The position numbers and the translations under genes were made by a program. A DNA stretch of 63,767 bases, counting the filler, from Choristocarpus tenellus KU-1152 (taxonomy: Eukaryota > Protista > Phaeophyceae): NCBI GenBank assembly GCA_964200185.2. It is 9 parts of 9 records of this genome, joined end to end, with 100 filler letters (N's around TTAATTAATTAA, not from the genome) between each part and the next. Parts side by side here need not be neighbours in the genome. Positions count along the whole stretch, not along the records: positions 1 to 18,609 come from CAXNAD020000532.1; 8 more parts are not named here. The stretch is one strand, 5' to 3'. Positions 1 to 13,373 of this stretch are shown here, in pieces. Position 1 is the stretch's first letter. Each line of letters opens with the position of its first letter. The notes beneath the pieces were generated by a model that worked only from the letters and a program-made list of their open reading frames with translations, searched no databases and was not told the origin of the DNA.

Positions 1-39
1 CACCCTTGTGTAGACCCCCCCCCCCTCTCAGATACTTTA

Positions 40-160
40 GGTCACATACCATTCAAAAAGGGGCCCTAAAACGTTTTTATGACATTTACAAAAAAAACAT
101 ATTGGCACTTTCCGCGCACCATTTCGGTCAAACCCATCCTCCATGAAATGATCCATCCGC
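40..160. repeat. Dispersed repeat, diverged copy of the sequence at ~46885-47000
   Basis: Shared blocks 'acatttacaaaa..catat.ggcactttcc.cgcacc.ttt...tcaaac.catcctccat' occur near the start of two different contigs. Confidence 0.55.
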
Positions 161-959
161 CTTTATCATGATCCACTGTTCATTGTACATGTAAGCAAAA
201 TGTGTAGACTACGAGCGATGAGGAATCATGGTGTTGCAAAGCACTGATGAGTGATATGCGTAGTCTATGTTATGGATAGGTGTGATTGTGCTGTGTAAAG
301 CACCGATGTATTTATTCTGTTGTAACTGAGGTAATTGATCTCTCAGTCAAGAATGATGCGATGTGAATTTTTTATTCTTGGTTGCTCAATCCAGAATGAT
401 GTGATGTGTATTCAGTGTTCTTTCATGAGATGATAACGAAATAAATCCATGCTCAGTGTTCTCTTTCATGAGGTACTCAACGAAAGAAGTCTATGCTCTG
501 TGGAGAGGCTTGTTACCTTGGCTGGCAAGGGTTTCCGCGGATGGTTTTGACTCTGATTGTATTGCATCCATGTGTGTGTTTGGTAGACAGTTTGCAGAGT
601 GAGTTTGGTGCAATTTGAGGGATCAATGGCAGTCACGAAGAAATATAATAATCAACCATCGATGTACAACTGTCATCTTCTGCTGATAAGAAGAAAGAGT
701 GAAAGAAAAACAAACAAGAGAACAAACTTGAACCAATATGTGATGTAACTCAAGTGACTTATACTATACTATACTATTTGTGTGGAACGCAGAGCAACTG
801 TTCTATACTAAGGTGTTCTGATTGTAGTTGATATGGTGATGACGAACTAGTAAAAGTAACATCCAGAACGTAACAGACCAATCAACAGTCAGTGTTGACT
901 GGTGGAACGGTATCCTATCAAGGAACAAACAGATGAGTAGCCTATGTTTTAACATTGTT

Positions 960-2210
960 CCCGTCTGGGTACCCAGTCTTGGCCAATGATTTCGGCTAGG
1001 CCTTCTGCGGGGACACCTGTAGAGAGGAGGGTGTGAATGGACGATCGTATGGCCCGTACTGTGGGGCTCTCACTAACGACTTGTGAGAAGGACTCGCCAT
1101 GAGACCCTTGCTACCTTGCTAGGAGGGTGGGGAGAGTGGCCACTAGTGATCCTACGAATGCTGCGCGTTGACAGTGTTTCATAGAGGAGAGGCCCAAGCC
1201 CCCCGCACTTGTGGGTGGGTCCCTAGGTGCAGAGGCCCATTGTTACAACCCCCTCAAAAAACTCCGTCGCCTCTGTTGAGTCTGCTACCTCCATTTTCTT
1301 CTCTAGTATCAATAACGAGGTGTTATCTGCTTGCTCCGTGATGAAGCGTGCCAGGAGGGGGGGAGTGACCCTAGCAAGATAGCCTAGGCAGGAGGAGAGG
1401 GACCAGGTGTTGAGGGGCCAGGCCACCTGTTTGTCCTCCATCTCACTGAGGTTTGTGGCCAAATTTTGTGACCCAGAGCTTTTGATCAAGTCCGTCATGT
1501 GGGCTTGGATGAGTCCATCTGTTCCCACTTGTAACAAACCCATTTGGGTTCTGGGCTAGGTTGATCCCAGCTGTTGAAAGAAGCTCCAGTTCGGAAGGCG
1601 TGGGTTGGTACCCCTGGGGAGGTGCAGCAAAGGTCTTGTTGATATTCAAGGCAATGTCTACCTCATGAAGGTCAGTTTTAACTGCTCGAAAGCAGCTATG
1701 GTGGTGGGGCCAATCTCCCTTGCCGAAATGGATGTGTCGTCCAGATAGCTTCAGGAGGAAACCCCCTGGGGTCTAAAAGCAGGCTGGACCCGCTGTAGGG
1801 CTTTATGTGTTGCCACACAATATAGGAGGGAGCAAAGGGGTTCCCCTTGTTGTACCCCTGATCTTGATGGCAGAATATTCATCCATCTCTCATCCAGGGG
1901 GAGAAGAAGATTACAGGTGTCCCCATGCACCTTGGAGACGTAGGGCAGGAGTCGCGGTAGAGTCTCTGGGAGATCCTCGATGAAGGCCAAGCGGCATACA
2001 CTGTTAAAATAATTTCTTCCATCTAGACTGATGACTCACTCTCCACACTCATTTCTTAGGAGAATGTCTAGAAGGGAACGATCTACCCCATTTTTGGAAC
2101 CCCTACGCCAAATTATCCCACTCCGCAGAACAATTCCTGGAGGTAGGGGCACCAGTCTGTACAGAAAGCTGAAGCACATCAATCATCGTAGGTTCGACAC
2201 AGAGGAAGGT
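960..2210 (-). mobile_element. Decayed non-LTR retrotransposon reverse transcriptase, CRE/SLACS-like clade
   Basis: Minus-strand translation across stops and frameshifts gives the motifs in order: G*FGVGVP, SLDGRNYFNSVCR, SGVQQGEPLCSLLYC, SYLDD (~1736-1750), VGTDGLI, CLGYLARVTPP, PTSAGGLGL. The 3' boundary is approximate. Confidence 0.8.
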
Positions 2211-2290
2211 AAGTGGTGCAGCATAGATGGTGGTAAAATAGTAATGTTTTTCACATTTATGACAACTTTTGTTTTACTAACGAATTCTGG

Positions 2291-2332
<42 letters not shown>
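2291..2332. repeat. (ATT)n microsatellite
   Basis: About 14 perfect ATT units; these produce the poly-L/poly-N ORFs in the track. Confidence 0.95.
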
Positions 2333-2410
2333 TTGTTCAATGTTTGCATTCCACCCATTCCCCCTCCTCCCCCTTGTCCCACCACTTGTGACCACCCATT
2401 ACTAACCCCT

Positions 2411-2420
2411 NNNNNNNNNN
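2411..2420. other. Scaffold gap (10 N)
   Basis: Run of 10 N with no linker. Confidence 0.95.
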
Positions 2421-3019
2421 TGACCAACCAGTGTGAACCCCTTCACCACTGATTTCCAGTCACCTCCCCCCCCTGCAATGACCAACCAATGCAAACCCCC
2501 TTTTGCAATTGCAATTGATTCCCAGTCAACCCCCACATCTATCTGATGACGAACCAGTGCGACTACTTCACCACTGATTTTCTTCATTCATCCCTTCCCT
2601 ACTTTTTCTTTTTCCTTCCTCACCTCTCCCTCCCCTGTACCGCATTACCACCAGAATTCTTCCACCCACAAAGCTCAGATTACTTCATGATCTTTCCCGT
2701 TATTTTTTTTTGGGATTTTGTGACATGTTTAAAATTGTTGATTGGTTTTCTATTGAAAAATCTATAAAAATGCTCGAGGGCATAATAATAAAAAAATATT
2801 GAACATAGTATTGTAGTAATGTCGTTCTTCCATGTCCGGTAATTGGTTATTATGAGGGATTCAATCTCCCGACCCACAACCAATACACCGAAATGGTATC
2901 CAACCCTCTTCCCACCCCCTCACGTCGCACTCATGCTAATCGATCGTGTACACTACATCGGTCAAATTGTATTGCTGACAGGGATATCAATATTGAAGGT
3001 TCAAGAATCTGTGTTCCCG

Positions 3020-4557
3020 ATGGCTGACTCCCAAACTGTTGCATCATCTGGACCTGACTTCACTGCATGGGATGCATGTGTGAAGGCACACGTAAAGCAG
3101 GGGGAGATTGCAGGGATATCGCTGAACACGGTTGATTATTCAGGCGAGTGATTCTGACTTGATAGGGGTTCGCTATCTGTCTCTCTCTCCTATCTGTATA
3201 CTTCTTTTCGCTTACTGCTGCAATCCCGTTCCACCTACTACATACGCAACTTGTTCAACCCTCGCACCAGGAATTAGAGATGATCCAAATTTTTCTCGTT
3301 TCGTCAAGTCCCTTGAGACGGCAACGACTTCGGGACTGGGAAAAGACGCTGAGTACTCTCTGTGGATCAATGCTTACAACGCTCTCGCCATCAAGACAGT
3401 GACGGACAACCCCTGCAAAAAGAAGTATATGGGGTTGATGAACAAGAAGATTGAGGGAATTAAGGGTGAGAGTAAAGTGTGTCAATTGTCTATTCCCAGC
3501 AGAATTGAATTTTCTTCTTGAAGAAAGACACCGGGGCGGAGCATTTTCTCTATAATACCTTTGTCTCCTGTAATTTAGGAAAGCGTGTTTGAATTTAACG
3601 CATATACGGAGTGCATTGGTGAGATTATTCGATACGAATGGTTATCCTGTGGCCCATTTTTCCAGTGCCCACTTTCAATTCTCTGCTTCAAATTAGACGT
3701 TGGAAGCTTGGCGAAGACGGTGTGGAAACGACCTGCTGGTGTGGTTGGAGGAAGGATGGTCTCTCTTGATGACATAGAGAACGAGGAGCTCCGGAACCCG
3801 AAGGTATTTAATGGATTCAAATCCAAGAAATTGAATTTTGCAGTAAATCTTCTCCTTCCTGCTCCACTTGTTGTGCTACATCTCTTTCTCTCTCTTTGAT
3901 ATCTTGCTTACCTTCCCAGTGCCAATTTGTCTGGTTGCTTTGCAGGACTTTCCTGCCGACCCCAGACTTCATGCCTGCATTGTGTGTGCGTCAGTAAGCT
4001 GCCCCGATGTGGCAATGAAGGCATATATGCCCGAAACACTTGAGGAAGACATGTCCGAAAATTTGCGAGCCTTCTTGCGCAATACGAAGAAGGGACTCTC
4101 CCTCAACAAGAGCACGGGTGTATTGACACTATCAAAGGTATGTTTTCATATGTCCCACTGTCGTAAGCTGCAAATTGTTCTTGTTATACACTTACTGCTC
4201 CAGTCATGTGTCCAACTTGCCCTAAGTGCATTGGTCTTCACATTAGTAAAGCACTAACTTGAATGGTGCACGTGCAGCAAAAGTTACTTTCAAGATGTTG
4301 CTAATTAGTCAACACACAACTGCTGCCCAACCTCTGGCCTTAACCTCATGATGCAGATATTCCAGTGGTTTGCGAACGATTTCATCAAAACAGGGCAAAG
4401 CTCAGTTGTAGAATACCTTCTTCCGTTCATTCCATCTGAAGATCAAGCCTGGATAGCAGAAAATAAGGACAAGATAAAGCTGGAATACTTTGACTACAAC
4501 TGGAGCCTTAATGGGATATCACCTGGAGAGAAGGGAACTGGGAAGGGCAAATGCTAA
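3020..4557 (+). CDS. DUF547-domain protein, 5 exons: 3020-3143, 3271-3465, 3697-3803, 3946-4137, 4357-4557 (start could be the in-frame ATG at 2933)
   Basis: Spliced product has the DUF547 motifs VDYSGI, LWINAYNALAI, VSLDDIEN, DPRLHACIVCASVSCP, LSKIFQWFANDF, YFDYNWSLN. All phases are compatible; intron 1 is predicted GC-AG. Confidence 0.9.
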
Positions 4558-7208
4558 GATAATATGGAAGAGAATAAAGGGCTGAGGGGAGTTGTCTTCC
4601 AGATTTTCCTCTATTGTTTTACATTGAGAAGGTACGAAGAAATTTTCAGGGTGCCCACGCTTGTCCATTTAGGTGCACTATTGTAAGAGTGGAAGGATAG
4701 TAGTCATCTGTACTCCATTTGAGAAATGTATGTAAACACCATATTTCCATAGTATACTGGATCCAACATTGTATCTGTGGGATGTCAGCATGGCACTTTT
4801 CCTCACCTGTTCTGTTGCTAGTACTACTGTTCCAGAATATTTGCAGGTTCTGTAAAACCTTGATATGCTCATCAATATTTTTTCTGGTATGTTTATATTA
4901 GTTCAACAAGACCCATCCCTGTCGGTGGTCAGAGAGCAGTAAGATTATTAAAAGAACTCAGCACAAATAAGAGAGGAAACATATAACATAACGCAACAAA
5001 ACATAAAGTAAAAAGGAAGAGAAAAAATGGATGCAACAGTAAGAGAATCCATGAACTAGGCACTATTCACCAGCACCCCAAGCAGAGGCGCATAATATCA
5101 ACATTTTCAGCATTGCCAACAACATTTAGGAATTTAAATATAAAGACTCACGATCACTATGGGCCATCCATTTGAACACCAAATATCACATAATACAGAA
5201 ATACGTAACGTCTTACAGACCAGTGAGAAAAGCAACACTGACAGGGGTGTGGTATGCATGGGCCCTTTTCTGCCTGGACTATTCTGACTGTGTTGATTTT
5301 TGACCTTTGCTGCCACTTGACTGTAATCTCAGTGCTCCATCGAGACTGTCTTGCACCTTCACCGATGGTTCTCTTGTTCACATATTTTTGCTTTACATCT
5401 GAAACTTCCCTTAACATAAACAGCTTCAATAGTTACCCACATCCAATGTGTTCAACTGACTCTGCAATCAGGTGCCCAGATTTTCACAGTCTAGTCAATA
5501 CTGTCACAAGCCTTCACAAGGATGTCTGTGTAGGATAGGGTGTGATCAGTGGGTTTCCATTTTTAAAATTTGATGCAACAAAGCTGAAATTTGTTACAGT
5601 AGTAGTGGAGGTTGACATGGTACACCTTGGGAATATCCATGTCACACAATCATATAGCAGCTCAAGTACTTCAACCTAGAGCATTCAGATCTTGATCTCA
5701 ACTGGTACACCTTTGGTTCTTTGATGAAGCACTTGACTGCATTTATACTTCAAGCAAGCAAATAGTGTTTTTCATCTTTAGTCGCGGGGATTTGTGATGA
5801 TGGATGGATGGATCCTTCCCTATTGATCCTACACTTGAAGGTCAGACGGTGATAGCTTTTTGGTTCAGTTTATGCCACAAGGCACTGCAAATGCACTTGG
5901 CCAGCCTCAAGCCTTTTCTTCCAGAGTTGCACTATGAAGACATCAATATTTGAACTGGATGGAGTAACAACTCTTGAAAAAGAAACACCAGACCAAAGCA
6001 CGATTAGTACAAATGATGACCACCTATCTATCGCCAATATTGTGTCGCCTACATATCAATGATTGCACTAGCCAGAGCGGGCCTCCAGCCATGTATGAGG
6101 ACAACAACTCTTGAAATTGAAGCGCTGCTTCTGGAGAAAAGGTCCCCTCAACCATATGGCAGTCATTGTGCAATGCCCACTGTTTTCCCTTCTCTAGTAT
6201 CTTTGATTTTGAAGTACATGATTTCTTCCTGGCATTGTCTCACAGTTCTCATGCTACTCTTCTCCTCACAGGTTTGTTTAGAACTTACATGAGAAGCATG
6301 AGATTAAAACACTTTGGAAGCATAAAAATAATGCAAATGTAAACGTATAAATAAAATAAAAAAGCAAAAATCAGCCACTCAGCAAGAGCAAGACCTAAAC
6401 ATATTTGGCAAGGTGTTTAGGATACACAAAATAAACTACAGAGGGTTACTACTCATTTAATCTTCTGTTGAAGACAAAACTGGAAGGGTATAAACAACAG
6501 CAATGTGAAGATATATCAGGTGGGAAACCTCCTTCCATATCTGTTAAGAGAAGTCCGTCAATAGTGTAAGAATGAAAAATATATATTCACCCTCTTGAAA
6601 ATAATGTAATGGAAGTTGGATGAACAGGATGCATCACCTCCCAGGAGAGTTCTTCACTCACACTGCAAATATCAAATATTCAATCGTCTTCGTAATTTCG
6701 TCGTTGGTACTTGAGCAGTATAAATTTCAACTCATAATATAGCTTTCAACCAACTAAATATGTTGACAAGTTTTGGTGTGGTGGGAGGGGGGGGGGGGGG
6801 GGGGGGTGAAGAGAAATATTCTAAGTCTGGTCACCTCCAACACGAAGGCAACACGAAGGCGACAATCACAGGTGAAAATTATATCCAAGCATGCAAACTT
6901 ACCAACTATCTACTGGTAGCAAGGAGTAGATGGGGTCAACCCAGGAATGTCTACACTACTATGGGGGTGAAAAGTATATGCATCAGATCGTATCTGAACG
7001 TCATGTCTGGGGCATTCGTCGAGGAGTCGATGTAAATCGGCTTCAGCTCCTCACACCTCCACCAGGAATGAAACGTGTTCTCTCAATACAATATTTTGGT
7101 GGTAGTTCTTTCAACAGGATTGCTTACATGATATCCTGAGTAGCAGAATGGAACCATACCCATAAGTATCGTTTGGTTTAGCAATAAACACGCCCGACGA
7201 GATTAATT

Positions 7209-7616
7209 TTATGTATTACATGGTTTTCCAGCTCCTGATGTTCGAGCATGTCCAATCTCGGTTCTTTCGCTCTTCAAGGCTTCGTTGACACATACTTCAC
7301 CACCCTTTGCAATCTCCACTTGGTCCGGCCAAAGAGCTCGGGCCACCCCCAACGCAGCAAAAATCATAGATACTCCCGCCATGAAAGCTCTGTTTCCTGT
7401 CTGAGCCCTGGGTATCTGACCGTATTGGGTGAGGCCATAGGCAGATACACCTAGCATTGTAGATGATCCGATGATCCGGCAACTAGGTCGAGGGGAGAAA
7501 GGGTGATCAAAAATTTGAATGTGTGAACATCCCATTACGAAATACTACTCAATCGCTGCCGTATGAACCCCTCACCTCATACAGTCACGTTTGACTTCAG
7601 ATTTCACTTCCACCAT
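7209..7616 (-). CDS. DUF4536 / DMAC1-like small membrane protein (104 aa), exons 7616-7576 and 7482-7209
   Basis: The splice AG|gtgagg...ctag|T creates MVEVKSEVKRDCMSCRIIGSSTMLGVSAY (DCxxCR.IG signature), followed by two hydrophobic helices. Confidence 0.75.
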
Positions 7617-7797
7617 TTTATTTTGTGTTGTACATGTATTTTATTGATTGATTCCCTTTCACCCTGAACTTCGAGCATAAGGCTTCCCAGGCTATTCGAA
7701 ACCTGTGTCAGATGTAGTGGTAGAATTATCCTAATACAAATACGAGTAGTCGTACTTATAGATGGATCACGGTAGTTGTACTTACTGATAGAGAGAG
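7617..7797. promoter_or_regulatory. Putative bidirectional promoter
   Basis: Only 181 bp separate the divergent ATGs at 7616 (-) and 7798 (+). No specific motif identified. Confidence 0.5.
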
Positions 7798-10700
7798 ATG
7801 AATATTTCGTCCCAACATGAGGTGAAGGTGGCACCTTCTGGTCGCAAGCCCCGTGTTGGGATCATATACTCGGAAGGAAGCTTGGATACAAAAATGGGTT
7901 TAGATTTGGCCTTGTACCTTGGGGGGTGTTTGCAACTGGGAGGTGAGGGTCCATGGTCCTCGCATTTCAGGTGCGATTGTCCAACCATCTAAAGGAATCA
8001 TGATGTCATAAACAGAGTGGTCTAATATCAAGAGGCAGGATCAAGTTGAATAATGGAGGCAAGAGTACACCGAAGGTTGTATAGCCTGCATCACAGCTGT
8101 CTGTATGTACGAATATGTTACCCAATTGATCACACCTTGCTTGATCTTCCTGCTATCTACTTTCTGGCGTTGTGATTTCGCTCAGGCTATTCAAACGTTT
8201 ACATAGTGGGCTTCAGCAACAATCGGTCACCAAATAAAGATATCCAAGTGGGGAACCCTCATCTGCACACCCTTCGTTTGATCCCCTACGGACGAAAGAA
8301 AGTAGAGGAACCGAATGTAAGTGACTCTATACCAACATCCGCGCTGAATGTGCATATTCCGCAAGATGTACTTTGCCAAACAAACCAACTGGTTGCACCG
8401 CTGAACTCGGGTGCTCTCAATCGCTCTGAAACTGGTGTTGACCTGGTCTGACTTGCAGCCTGACGTAGGTTGGCTTGACCTTGAATATTGTGACCAGCTC
8501 CTCTATGAGGAAACCTTATACTGCTTTTCTTTTTCATACTCCATCGACTACCACATTGACTACCTCTAGCTGTTAGCAAACAAACCCGATCCTCCACTCA
8601 TAACATCTATCTCCAAACGTCAGTCGGCAGAGTGCAGCCAAAAGCCATGGTCATCACTGAGTGAGTGCAACATGGTAATCATCTGCGTTGACCCGGGAGA
8701 CACAGTCTTGTGTGCCAAGGCTTTATCGCTCGCCATCAAGGGGGGGGACGATTTTGCCTGCATCAGCCTGCAGCGAGGGGTCAGGAACTTCGCGGGCATG
8801 AAGTCTCAGTGAGGATGATCGATATCTCAATCCTCACCCCTTATCTGCTCCTTCAATGTTTAACTGGAGCTACACATGCCATTTTTTTCATGCCCTCTCA
8901 CTCTATTGTGAAAATGTGTTTGCCTACCTCTCTGACCAGTGTATGGTCTTGACATGAACCCATGGCATGATAGGTCGAAATTGTGCGTTTCGACACCGAA
9001 AATCTCCTCTACCTCCATCCTACCTGTGCACAGGTTGCATGACCATAGCATTGTTCTGGATGGTGCAGTTGGGTTATCTATATTTCGTAGCCCATTGGAT
9101 GGCTCGCTGAGCTGCTTGGACTCAGGCTGCCTGGTTTTGCAACGACTAACCAAAGAACAGGCAAAAGAAGGACTGAAGTTTGTTAATCTTCTGTGCTCAT
9201 CAGGGATTCGTGTTCGGCACTGCAAAAATATCACGTGTGAGTAAATAATTAATAGTTTCCATTTGACCATCAAAGGCAGACTTGTGTGAAGAGGAATGGG
9301 ACAGAAATTAAAGAGAAGTTTTTGCATGTTTTTTTGTTTACGTGGATGGAGCACACTTCACACCTTCACAATTCCAGCTCGTCAAACTTTACCCATATAC
9401 GCTGTTGTTCTGTGGGGGTGTGTGACCTCTCCACATGCAATGCTGAATTTGAAGGCTTCACACATGGGGCACTTATCTTCCAGACTGTTGAAGCTACTGC
9501 AGCACTAACAGGCCTCTCCCTTGATAAGCATTTGATGGATCACCATAGCCGTTTGGTTTGGGCCGCGATGATCCGCGAGGGGCTCAAGGTGTGAAGTTAT
9601 GGGTGGTATGTATAGGTGACTACCCTGAAAGGCCCTGTTTTGCATTTAAAAATAAATTCAATGCAGCTACTCCATAACACAACTTCTGAATTGTGTGCGC
9701 CTCTTAGGAAGCAACCTCTGGGGCACCCAACAATCTTGTCTAGACTTTGAGTAATTATGATCCAGCAAGGGCAATCTCTCCCCTTGGGAATTCTTGACTT
9801 TCAAGCAAAGACCAAGCCAAAGAATTAGCTCAACACTACAAGGCTTTGCGCATTTTACTATGCGTGTGGCACAGGTCCTCACAGCAGCGTCAAGAGGGGG
9901 ATCTTGGCATGCTTCTAATGCATGCTGCTCGTTGACCTTACGACAGCTAGAGCTATTCCTTTGCCTTCCATCCTGGGTCTTCGGTGCCCTTAGGTGAAAA
10001 CTTAGGTTATTTTGGTTGATGTTAATAATTCACTCCTTCGTGATCACCGTCAATTGATGGATTGTTGAAAGTGTGCAGTGGTGATATTGGTTGCTCCTTA
10101 TGGTTGTATTATCCTCCTTAGCAATCAAAATTTTGCCATGCTTTCTGGTTGAACATGTGGTCTTGTTGTGAGCAGTACGCAGGGAATATGGGACAGCCAT
10201 GACTCATTACCTCCTAAGGAGAGCACTATTTTTCATTTTTCATACTAATCTTTCCCCAAAGGTGACAAGAAAGCAATGATATAGCAATGCTGCATTTGAA
10301 ACATCGCATTGAGACAACTATCAGCAAATAATTTTCTGTGGATAGGAAGGACTATAGTTATGCACTTCAACCTATGTTATCGATGTGGTCTATTGTTGGT
10401 GAGATTTTTAGTCACCAATGGATGTAATTTTCAGACACCTTCAGAGCAAATTGGGTTAATTCTTCACCCCTGCTGTAGAGTACATACCACACTGTAGAGT
10501 GCAATGCCAATTATTGATGCTTGATATGATGGACGGTTTTCAATCTTGTACCTAATGGACAAAGTAGATGCATTGCAAACTAACCTTTCCAGGATGCATG
10601 TTTTGATGTGACTCCTGTGATAGCTATCTGCTGCTGGGTATCCCAGCACACACACCAAGGCATATGTGTGCAGCCATGCAAGTAGACTTGGCAGAAGGGA

Positions 10701-11632
10701 GGGCAACTGCAGTGGACTGGACCCTAGGGGAGATGGTGCGATTAGGCAAGTAATGCCGCCTCCTTGTAGTCCCAAAAACTGTTAATACTTGGAGGCAAAG
10801 GTCATGCATACCCAAGATTCATCCAGGGTGGGTGAGGGAGAGGTTTGGAGATGTTTGCTAGATTGGTGAAGGATGTGAAGCCCTGTCATATATGATAGTT
10901 GATACTGGATTGCTTGGAGGAGAAGTGTTGCTTTGTAGGGTGTAGTCTTGTCTCGTACTTCTCCCTTTTGTATATGCCTGATTTGGACTCTTAACCTCAT
11001 TGAACCAACGTCTTGCAGCCCGGCGGAACAATGTTCAGACTCCAGCTTGCAGTGCTGTGCTGGCTGCAGTAAAGGAAGCTATGGAAAATGGAGACGGGGT
11101 ACCATCATTCAAGCCAGAGGTTCTCTATGAGATAACCGGTCAATCATCTGAGAGTGTCCTGGCCCTCTACAGGAAGGTAAGCGATGGGTGCTTAATGTCG
11201 GCTCTTCTTGCAGTGTTAGTGTTTGCATACTAGCACTATGAACTATACTGGGGTAAGTATCATTGTGCTATGGAAATGTTTGACACAAGTGATTGTGAGA
11301 TAATCAAGTGCTCCAGCTCAGCTCAACATCATTTTTTTTCCTGTTGTGGTATTGTTGTACACAACTGCACTGGAAAGCACGTGTGGAAATTGCCCAATGA
11401 ATGTTTTTGACTTTGTATTTCATTTGTTTGTGTCCTCACAGAGTCTCGTCATTCTCTTTTCCCTCCTACCCCACCCTGCGTTCCACAGCTGGTTGCATGG
11501 ATGAGTTCATTAACCCTGGTATTCGTGGTGGTTAATGTTATTGCGGGGATTGTGCCAGCATTGATACTGCTGACCGTTACCTGCTTGGTGGCAGCCATTA
11601 AATACATAATCATTGCAGACACAGTCCCGTAG
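7798..11632 (+). CDS. Ketopantoate reductase (ApbA/PanE)-fold protein with C-terminal membrane segments (446 aa); exons 7798-7942, 8186-8316, 8624-8808, 9034-9236, 9455-9588, 9875-9993, 10624-10745, 11019-11176, 11489-11632
   Basis: Nine exons join in frame (1341 nt). Colinear ApbA-like motifs: RVGII..LALYLGGCL, MVIICVDPGDT, CISLQRGVRN, TAALTG..R..WAAMIREGLKV, AMQVDLAEGRATAVDWTLGEMVRLARRNNVQTPAC. The last exon is about 40 hydrophobic residues. Confidence 0.8.
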
Positions 11633-13373
11633 GTCGCACTGTTTCTCAATTGCAATAATTGTGCTGGTAGGTAACTCCAGTGTAGGGTCAGCTTTTGTCT
11701 GGGAAATATCTCTATAAGATGTGAGGAGTTTCAGTTTGCTTACTGAGGGCTGCTTGCAACTTAGCTACAACTGCTTTGTTTTGCGATGCACTTGCGTTCA
11801 CACTTACTACGATCACCAACATAAATGCCAACAATAGTACAAACCCGAGCCATACTTGTGGTAGAAGGAGCATGAAGTATCAAATCATTCGAATTGAGAC
11901 GAAACAGAGAAATGGTGAAGCAGGGAGGAGTATCTGCAGCACTTGTCTCTGGACATTTCAGTTGGCATTCAAAGCTATCCAAGCAACCAAACTGAGGAAT
12001 GGTGTAAGCTTATTGGTGAGTATCATATCTCCTCTGCACCAAGGCAAACAGAAGCACACCACTTCTCTGTCTCTGCAAATGGATGTGACCCTCATCAAGC
12101 TTGGGCACCCTCGCTGGTACATACTTCTGTAGTAGAGAGTAGAACAGTCACAAAGTACTCTTTATCAGAACATTTAAGAAGCGAGCTATTAGTCAGCAAA
12201 CATAGTTACGAGATCAATCAGGTACAACAGGTAAGAGTAGACCTGTTAGAGATACATGCGAAGAGTTCATGTGGGAAGCACATGTGCAACGTGAGTACTA
12301 AAGGCATGAAATAGCGAACGAATGTGCAATGCAAAGGAGAACCAAAAACAGTGATCAGGTTGAGGTGGTCAGAGGCAGCAGGAGTCTGTAGGTGTTTGGT
12401 TTGCAACAAAAAAATGGGAACCCTTACCCTAATCTGATCCAAGAATCAATGGTGTGAGTATATGCAAACAAACATTTGGGCATGATAACCATCACTGGAA
12501 ACGCACAGATAGGCACTAGATTTATATGGAAACAAAACTAGATAAGGTTCAATGAAATGTAATCGGGTATGTTATCCCCAATGAGGTCACAAGAACATCA
12601 ACTGTCAAAAAAGCAGGGTGGAGTAGGTCTAAGTTGAAGGATAGGTGTGGTTTTGAATTAGATACATTCCGTCCTACATGGAGAAAGGAACATACCTTCA
12701 TGTAGTAACTGTATTGTGACGTACTCAATCAAGGTTTACAGTGTTAGATGTTTTGGAAATTATGGTCGAGATGTGGTTGGACTATCTGAGTGAAGGTATA
12801 TTGCATTGCCAAAGTTGGTAGGTGGTCTTCATCCTCACATTTGTAGGTGATACGTTTGACGATCTTCAGGCAGTTGTACAATTATGGATTAAATCTAGCA
12901 TGGAAGTCGGGTTGAGAAAAAATTAGCGTACTTTGCCCCACCTTGAATTGGAAAATAGAATATAGTGTAAGTCATTGGCTGGCACAAGCACACACATGAA
13001 AGGACAAGAAGAGCGGGTGCTGGTAGAGTACACTTTGACTCAGAATGACATAGACTGTAGATTAGGGCGACTGGAACATAGTGTTTACCATTTTCGGGAT
13101 ATGTAAGGTTTGTTTCACAGTGTAAAACTCACTAGATGTGTTTGGTCCACATACACACCCTCACAACTTCAATCCCAATAAGCAATAAAGTCGGAAAATA
13201 TTGGGAGGATTGCAACCATGGCCTCATTTTCTCAAGGAGGTGGACAGCTCTACTCTGTGTCTATCGCACACTTCCAGTGTATCATACAACAGAGTGACTC
13301 GTTACTTGTCACCACACAAAATCTGAAGGACAGTCACACAAATCCAATGACAAACCTTAAGGGTGCCACAAGT

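Noticed and set aside
243-500. TGATGA...CTGA and repeated ATGATG motifs suggesting C/D-box snoRNAs
   Set aside because: No terminal stem or recognisable rRNA-antisense element; better explained by short local tandem duplications.
2031-2405. ORFs with poly-Leu/poly-Asn (also 21950-22262 and 59070-60202)
   Set aside because: Products of microsatellites in introns or intergenic DNA.
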